This document shows, in pieces, positions 19,431 to 24,000 of a stretch of DNA of 24,000 bases. This stretch comes from Candidatus Mycoplasma haematolamae str. Purdue (GTDB lineage Bacteria; Bacillota_I; Bacilli_A; Mycoplasmatales; Mycoplasmoidaceae): NCBI GenBank assembly GCA_000281235.1, contig CP003731.1, positions 199,500-223,499 on the forward strand, written 5' to 3'. The position numbers and the translations under genes are program-made. How positions within the stretch are numbered: position 1 is the first letter of the stretch; every line of letters begins with the position of its first letter. The notes under the pieces were generated by a model. The model ran no database searches and was not told the DNA's origin. It saw only the letters and a list, made by a program, of their open reading frames with translations.

Positions 19431-19549
19431 ACGACTGTTAATTTAGATCCCTTACACTACAAAAACCTTTAATTTCAGCCAAGAAGAAGACCTAACAGTA
19501 AAGCAGGATACTCGCTCTCTTAGAGTCTCCTTAGTAAGAGGAGATTGAG

Positions 19550-19962
19550 GGAGAATGTAAGCCATATTCTGTTTCTACCTAATAGCAGTAGAAGTGAGTA
19601 ATTAATCTAACCTAGTTACCTAGATTTTTAAGTTCTGTTGGAATTCCAAAACTTAAAGTCCCTTACCATTATTTAGGTTTCTTGCTTGAGGGGTTTACCG
19701 CGTTTCACTCTCTTTATTTCTAAAGAGCTCGTCTCTGTGGCACCTTAAAGAAAATAGCATCATATAAGGAGGTTAGTCCTTACTTAGAAGTATTTTCTGC
19801 CATCAACTAGTTTCCTAGCCGTTGAGTTTTATTTTTTATGTACTCACACAAACACTATAGTCATCTCAGACTATGCAAGTATGGACTTTCCTCTACCTTA
19901 GAAAGACCTTTTTCTAGAAGAATCTATTCCTTCTAAAGCAGCTACTCACTCTCTCCCTCAAA
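19550..19962 (-). ncRNA. rnpB: RNase P RNA, type B (Bacillus/Mollicutes type); ends approximate (+/-15 nt)
   Basis: The minus strand reads GUAGAGGAAAGUCCAUACUUGCAUAGUCUGAGAUGACUAUAGUGUUUGUG.., ..GGUGCCACAGAGACGAGCUCUUUAGAAAUAAAGAGAGUGAAACGCGGUAAACCCCUCAAGCAAGAAACCUAAAUAAUGGUAAGGGA.., ..ACAGAAUAUGGCUUACA. It is nearly colinear with B. subtilis RNase P RNA as I recall it. A P1 helix is possible between UGAGGGAGA (5') and UCUCCCUCA (3'). Confidence 0.9.
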
Positions 19963-20129
19963 CATCACTAAGGGATGTAAAGAGTATCCCAATTTAATTT
20001 AAGTAACTGCTAAGAAAAGAAGCCTAAAAGGACTCCTTGTTTGTATGTGTAAAAATTAGATTTTAAATCTCTGCAGAAATACTGGCAAATAATCTCGATT
20101 TAAGTCGTTCAATCCTCTAACTTAGCATC

Positions 20130-20464
20130 ATGTTTAGCTTCTTTAAGTCCCTTTCTTGTGTAGTTGCTGGAGGAACTACACTCGGAGGAGGTGCTTACGG
20201 CACCTACAGAGCTCTTAATGTTGGGGGGGGCACTCTACAGAAAGAATAAAAGTGACTAATTATTCTGCTTCTGGTTTAACTGACCATAAACCTCATAGCA
20301 CTGGATTAGCGGGTTGCACTCGTTGCAATGATGAAGAAGACCATGAAATGCAGTGTGAGCTCAATAGAGATGGAGCTAGACTTGAGTGTGGCTACGTTTG
20401 TCCCTTCACCAATGCTGAGAACAATATCAATGCTGTGTATGCGAGACAAAGAGGTTCTTCATAA
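20130..20464 (+). CDS. family member A: leader ORF (20130-20249) and 6-Cys body (frame of 20231, to TAA 20462-20464) separated by a frameshift at a G8 tract; candidate phase-variable gene, OFF as sequenced
   Basis: MFSFFKSLSCVVAGGTTLGGGAYGTYRALNVGGG then TAA after 6 more codons. The body ..HSTERIKVTNYSASGLTDHKPHSTGLAGCTRCNDEEDHEMQCELNRDGARLECGYVCPF.. is open in the next frame, starting right after the tract. Confidence 0.6.
20223..20230 (+). repeat. homopolymeric G8 tract at codon 32 of family member A
   Basis: ttGGGGGGGGcac counted directly in the sequence. Confidence 0.95.
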
Positions 20465-20831
20465 TGTCTCTTTCTGTAGGTTTTTTAAAGGTACTTGTCC
20501 CTACTGCTCTAGTGGGCTCTGCAGTAGGCTTCGGGATCTACACAATTAACGGTTCTGGGGGGGGCAAATAGTTAAAGCGAAACGGTATCAGCGTCAACAA
20601 GGTAGTACAGACTCTTTTCAAGTAGACGGCGAAGTTACGATAGTTGTTCCTAGATATTATGTTCAGTATGAAAGTGAATATCTAGGAAAGAAAACAATCA
20701 CTTTCGAAGAGAGTACTGGCAAGACCTGTTGAAATTCTCGAATTAATGAAGAAACTGGAAAGGATTATGTCTTCAATTTGTCTGTAGGTACGAATTGGAC
20801 GGACTTTACTAAACTTCCTCGCTGTCAATAA
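20464..20831 (+). CDS. family member B: leader ORF (20464-20571) and body (frame of 20565, to TAA 20829-20831) separated by a frameshift at a G8 tract; candidate phase-variable gene, OFF as sequenced
   Basis: The ATG overlaps the stop of member A (TAATG 20462-20466). MSLSVGFLKVLVPTALVGSAVGFGIYTINGSGGGK* is followed in the next frame by QIVKAKRYQRQQGSTDSFQVDGEVTIVVPRYYVQYESEYLGKKTITFEESTGKTCW*NSRINEETGKDYVFNLSVGTNWTDFTKLPRCQ*. Confidence 0.6.
20557..20564 (+). repeat. homopolymeric G8 tract at codon 32 of family member B
   Basis: tctGGGGGGGGcaa counted directly in the sequence. Confidence 0.95.
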
Positions 20832-20842
20832 GGATACAATCT

Positions 20843-20859
20843 AGCCTCAAAGAGAGGCT
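20843..20859 (+). terminator. weak hairpin after family member B (AGCCTC-aaaga-GAGGCT), no U-tail
   Basis: 6-bp perfect stem 12 nt after the TAA of member B, followed by an A8 run (20866-20873) rather than a T-run. Confidence 0.2.
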
Positions 20860-20939
20860 GCATCGAAAAAAAAGAGAGGGCGAGTTAGAGAAACCTAACA
20901 CATTCACTTAGCTTGTCAGTTCTAGGTAATCGGTTGTTG

Positions 20940-20947
20940 CCCCCCCC
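20940..20947 (+). repeat. homopolymeric C8 tract in the 5' leader/intergenic region of family member C
   Basis: ttgCCCCCCCCagc counted directly. Lies 51 nt upstream of the TTG start at 20998, with an in-frame TAG (20959) between them. Confidence 0.95.
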
Positions 20948-20997
20948 AGCCACTTCTCTAGAAAGCGTGAACCGGCTCCACATGACTCTCATTAAGC

Positions 20998-22155
20998 TTG
21001 CTTCACCTAAAGACCAAATTAGCCCTTGTTGTTTTAGGTCTAGGAGGGGCCAATGGAGTTTCGATGCTGGTCTTCAAAGACGATCTTTTCCAGAACCTAA
21101 GAGGTACTGAATTAAAAGAACTATTTAGCAGTCTAGGTCCTTTTTCAGGCAATAATTCGTTAGATCTCAGGCAAACTACCAGAGAAAACTTAGGAACCTT
21201 AGGTGTCTCTAATCTCTCTTCTCCTGTTTTATCTCTTTATGCAGATGGTCAGTTAAATATAGGAAGTTTAGGCAATGCTTGAGGTTTTAAAGAACAAATA
21301 ACTAAATTTCAGGAGAGTAATTCCTCTCTAGAGGCTTCAAAACTTAAAGATGAAAAAGCGAGAAAGATTATTGGCCAGTTGTCAAAGTCAGATATCCAAC
21401 ACTTCTTAAAGGCTCTAGAGAAGATAGAGAGGTTTGCCAGAGGAGAAAACAACGTAGAAGCTTTAGATCAACAGGAGAGAAGGGTAGTTCTCAAGTACTA
21501 CAAGGTCTGATGTGAACTTAAGCAGATAGGTTTAGATATCACTGCTATCTTTTCTAAAGAGGGAGAAGTAGCTAAGCTGCAACAGAGAGATTCCTTTGAA
21601 GATTATGAGAGTCTCAAGAAAAAATTAAGTAAACTGGGCTGGGAGTGACCTAGTCTTAAGGTACTTGGTCTTCACAATAGATTTGTAGATGCTTCTAGAG
21701 ATTGAGGGTCTGTCAGGGACTGAGACTCCAATCAGTGAAGGGAATATTATGTTCGCGACTCCCATAATTGGGGATATGACCTCGAGTGAAGCAAGAATCC
21801 CTGGAAGGATTTTTTTGTAGATGAAGCTGAATGGAAGGTCTTTTGGAGGGAGAGATCTAAACTCAAAGAGAGGCTCTGAAGGGATTGGCACAACTCCAAA
21901 TCGGTGGTGTGATGAGACTATGGTTGCTTCAAGCCTGTTAATGGGGTTGAATTTTTTGAAGGTTGCTACGAGACTACCCAAAAGGAGTTAGCAGAGGTAA
22001 TTGATGGGGCCAATGCAAATATTGGTCTTCAAGTAGGGATGAAGACATTACTGTGAATGGGTTATCCCCTTCAAGGTAAGAGGGCAATAATTGCCTTAAA
22101 TGGAAGAAATGCTGCAACCTGAATAGAGTCTGGACTAGTTAACTTGAAGTCTTAG
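20998..22155 (+). CDS. family member C: 385-aa protein with Gly-rich hydrophobic leader, central helical region and Trp-rich C-terminal domain
   Basis: TTG 20998 MLHLKTKLALVVLGLGGANGVSMLVFKDDL.. Track ORF 20998-21282 extends through 13 in-frame TGAs with no TAA/TAG until TAG 22153-22155. Paralogous to member D (LDQQERRVVLKYYKVW vs LSLEERQAVMKVYEAW; EWSKNPWKDFFVDEAEWKVFWRERSKLK vs NWESNPWGKFFESENLWKSYWEERDFLK). Confidence 0.7.
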
Positions 22156-22158
22156 AGT

Positions 22159-23217
22159 CTGGTCTTTACTGCGAAGGCCCAGATAGGTGCTGCCCTAGTC
22201 GGTCTGGGGGGGGTAAACGCAGTTGCAGTCACTGCCTTTAAATCGCCCTTAAAGGACCTATTTTTTTCTGAGCCTCCTTCAGATCTAACTACCAGTTCTT
22301 ACCTAGAAGGAAAAAGACACACCTTAAGTCTCTCGACTTCATCTAGAGAAGGTTTAAAAGAAACGAAGATTGTTAGTGCTCTAGATAGCCCTAAATTAGC
22401 TCTAAAACAGGAAGTGCCTCCTGTTCAGTTAGGTGACTTAGCTGCTCCACTAGAAAACAGGGAGACTTTAAAGGCGCAAGTAGGTTCTTTTAAAGGAGCA
22501 TTAGACAGATCAGAAGCTATCTCTTCTATAGAGGAAGAAAGAGACGAAAAAGTGAAGAAGGCACAAGAGGTGCTTGAACAGTACAAGTCGCATTTTGACG
22601 AAGCTGTTAAGAAGGTTAAGGTCTATCTCTCTAAAGAACCTAACTCCAAATTAACCTCACTATCCCTAGAGGAGAGGCAGGCAGTAATGAAGGTTTATGA
22701 AGCTTGAGCATCTATCAAGACAGCAATTGCAACAGCTAACTCTAAATTGAAGAAATTAGGCGCTGATGTTCAAGAGGAGCAATCTTCTTGAAAAACAGAC
22801 TCTGAAGTTAGAAGTATGCTCAACAATATTCTGTGGACAACACAGGGAATTAAGTTTTTAGGGAATGTTCAGAAGTCAGGAGCTAATCGATCAAACAATT
22901 GGCACTACAGCATGAATTGAGAATCTAATCCTTGGGGTAAGTTCTTTGAGAGTGAAAATCTGTGAAAAAGTTACTGAGAAGAAAGAGATTTCCTTAAAAA
23001 TGAACTCTATTCTTTGTTTTCATTAAAAGAACAATGAAAGGATGGTAAGTGCAGCAAGGTGACGGGGGTTTCTTCAGAACAGAGAGAATTGTGTTTCGCC
23101 AGGGCAAGAGATACAAGTATCGGCATTTATTCTGAGGCAAATATCAAGATAGAATTGCATGTAGCTAAACAGGTTTTGTCTTGAATGGGCAAATTAGACG
23201 AGACTAAAGCTAAATAA
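22159..23217 (+). CDS. family member D: paralog of C with an in-frame G8 tract in the leader; no canonical start codon (CTG 22159 or ATA 22183 are the candidates)
   Basis: Same frame as member C and opens right after its TAG. SLVFTAKAQIGAALVGLGGVNAVAVTAFKSPLKDLFF.. includes track ORF 22414-22707, then continues through TGAs to TAA 23215-23217. Confidence 0.6.
22206..22213 (+). repeat. homopolymeric G8 tract encoding the GLGG motif of member D's leader (in frame as sequenced)
   Basis: ggtctGGGGGGGGtaaac counted directly. The homologous GLGG in member C is encoded by the interrupted ggt cta gga ggg. Confidence 0.95.
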
Positions 23218-23227
23218 AAATAGAGTC

Positions 23228-23250
23228 AGTAGGCCCTAAAGGGGTCTACT
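23228..23250 (+). terminator. imperfect hairpin between members D and E (AGTAGGCCC-taaa-GGGGTCTACT)
   Basis: 3 bp + 1-nt bulge + 6 bp (one G-U). Starts 11 nt after the TAA of D and ends 8 nt before the ATG of E. Only a short T-run follows. Confidence 0.25.
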
Positions 23251-23257
23251 CTTTGAA

Positions 23258-23749
23258 ATGACTAATGCAAGTGTGGGTCTCTGAATCCTTAAGTTAATGG
23301 CTGGAGGTGCTGCCTTTGGAGGAGGGTCTGCAGCTTTAGGATATTTCTCTGCCCTATTAGTAGATTTGAAGGAAGCTCCTCAAACTGATAAGGGATATCC
23401 TGATCCTGATTGAGGTAGAGAGGTTAACTACAAGATAAGAGTTTCTACTAAGGAAAAGAAAAATAAGGAAGCCTCTTTGGTTTGTGCAGGTCGATCTTGA
23501 TACTTTGCGAATCTTAAGGCAGAAGTAGATAAAGAAGGAGAGAGATTGAGACTACTCTGTGACTACTCCAAGAAGAAGACCAACAAATTAATTGAAGAAA
23601 TGAACCCCAAAAAACAAATTTTAACCTGCTCTATCAGGGATAGAGAACAAGGATTCAAAGAAGTCTTCTGCTTTTTACCTGAAAAAGAACTTACCATGGA
23701 TTCTTCCACTTTAAGGGAGAAGAGGCACCTTTTGATCTCCTGATCCTAG
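23258..23749 (+). CDS. family member E: 163-aa protein with Gly-rich leader and a 4-Cys domain
   Basis: ATG 23258 MTNASVGLW*ILKLMAGGAAFGGGSAALGYFSALLVDLKEAP.. In-frame TGAs join it to track ORF 23546-23743; TAG 23747-23749. Cys spacing 24/22/13 vs 23/20/14 in member Z. Confidence 0.7.
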
Positions 23750-24000
23750 ATGATTTTTAAGGAACTAGCAATAGGGGTCTTGGGCCTGGGAGCTGTTGGA
23801 GGCACCGTTACTACTGTAACCTTATCTAACTCAAGTACAGATGGTTCTGTGAGCACTCAGAAGAGGGTAGTTCAGGATCCTGAGTACTTCGGAAAGCCTA
23901 TTAACTATAAGATGACAGTCAATAAGGGCATAGGAGGAGAACAAAACCAGTATTTGAAATGCTCTGGCCTAGCTAATCACTTCGCCTTCTTTAGGGTTCA
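23750..24000 (+). CDS. family member F (3' end outside the window)
   Basis: The ATG directly abuts the TAG of member E (TAGATG). MIFKELAIGVLGLGAVGGTVTTVTLSNSSTDGSVSTQKRVVQDPEYFGKPINYKMTVNKGIGGEQNQYLKCSGLANHFAFFRV.. The leader matches member Z and the body matches member E (EVNYKIRVSTKEK..SLVCAGRSWYFANL). Confidence 0.7.
   Translation, partial: MIFKELAIGVLGLGAVGGTVTTVTLSNSSTDGSVSTQKRVVQDPEYFGKPINYKMTVNKGIGGEQNQYLKCSGLANHFAFFRV

Noticed and set aside
18830-19474. 14-nt direct repeat AAAAACCTTTAATT at 18830-18843 and 19461-19474 flanking member Z (possible insertion footprint)
   Set aside because: For a 24-kb AT-biased window, about one exact 14-mer repeat is expected by chance, and there is no further similarity on either side.
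20058-20070. Perfect palindrome AGATTT-T-AAATCT about 60 nt upstream of member A
   Set aside because: It is short and AT-rich, in an AT-rich intergenic region, with no second copy upstream of other family members. That is insufficient to call an operator.
20104-20117. tRNA-like T-loop motif GTCGTTCAATCCTC upstream of member A
   Set aside because: The flanking bases cannot form a T-stem, and no acceptor or anticodon arms can be drawn. It is not a tRNA.
20832-21000. Reading the C8 tract as a G8 tract of a minus-strand gene
   Set aside because: The best minus-strand ORF is 35 codons (MRVMWSRFTLSREVAGGGNN..). It has no hydrophobic leader and no open alternative frame after the tract.
20328-21110. 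Plus-strand ORFs 20328-20549 (73 aa) and 20913-21110 (65 aa)
   Set aside because: These are alternative frames overlapping members A/B and the leader and start of member C. They show no family resemblance. The first 12 codons of 20913 are kept only as a possible uORF hypothesis in the C8 finding.
21625-21981. 118-aa minus-strand ORF in the track
   Set aside because: It is antisense to the Trp-rich part of member C, whose + frame is open for 385 codons under table 4 and has a clear paralog (member D). It is an artefact of TGA-rich sense sequence.
1-24000. TGA = Gly (table 25, SR1/Gracilibacteria) as an alternative recoding
   Set aside because: TGA coincides with conserved Trp in L28, Lon (LPW) and PolC (SEW, DVW). 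PolC, RecU and type-B RNase P RNA point to Firmicutes/Mollicutes, where TGA = Trp is established.
1-24000. CRISPR arrays, transposases/integrases, toxin-antitoxin pairs, rRNA or tRNA genes
   Set aside because: I looked for periodic repeats, IS-like terminal repeats, recombinase motifs and tRNA cloverleaf signatures in all intergenic regions and found none. The only non-coding RNA supported is rnpB.

Overview
Compact, gene-dense window (about 38-40% GC by eye) from a genome that decodes TGA as Trp (translation table 4). It carries Firmicutes/Mollicutes hallmarks: PolC, RecU, type-B RNase P RNA and a CIRCE-like operator. The supplied ORF track used the standard code, so most genes appear as same-frame fragments separated by TGA. 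Reading through TGA gives three blocks. The + block 1-12478 holds an ecfA-type ABC ATPase (5' partial), a small TM protein, a 1211-aa coiled-coil protein, rpmB, rpsD, two free-standing paralogs of the PolC proofreading exonuclease, trmK and polC. The - block 12475-16128 holds rpsI, an aldo/keto reductase, rplU, mraZ, rsmH and recU. The + block 16309-24000 holds lon, then an accessory cluster of at least seven paralogous small proteins with Gly/Ala-rich N-terminal hydrophobic leaders, interrupted by rnpB on the minus strand. Main hunt result: the accessory cluster looks like a phase-variable contingency locus. Four G/C homopolymers of exactly 8 nt (G8, G8, C8, G8) lie within 2 kb, and I saw no G/C run longer than 6 elsewhere in the window. 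Two G8 tracts sit at codon 32, the leader/body junction, of two adjacent genes and put both bodies out of frame; one extra G would restore each. One G8 is in frame in a paralog that lacks a canonical start codon. The C8 lies in the 5' leader of another paralog. Second result: an internal polC segment (exonuclease domain plus flank) has been copied twice into free-standing genes just upstream of polC, and one copy has lost the DEDDh catalytic residues. I found no rRNA, tRNA, CRISPR array, transposase or integrase.
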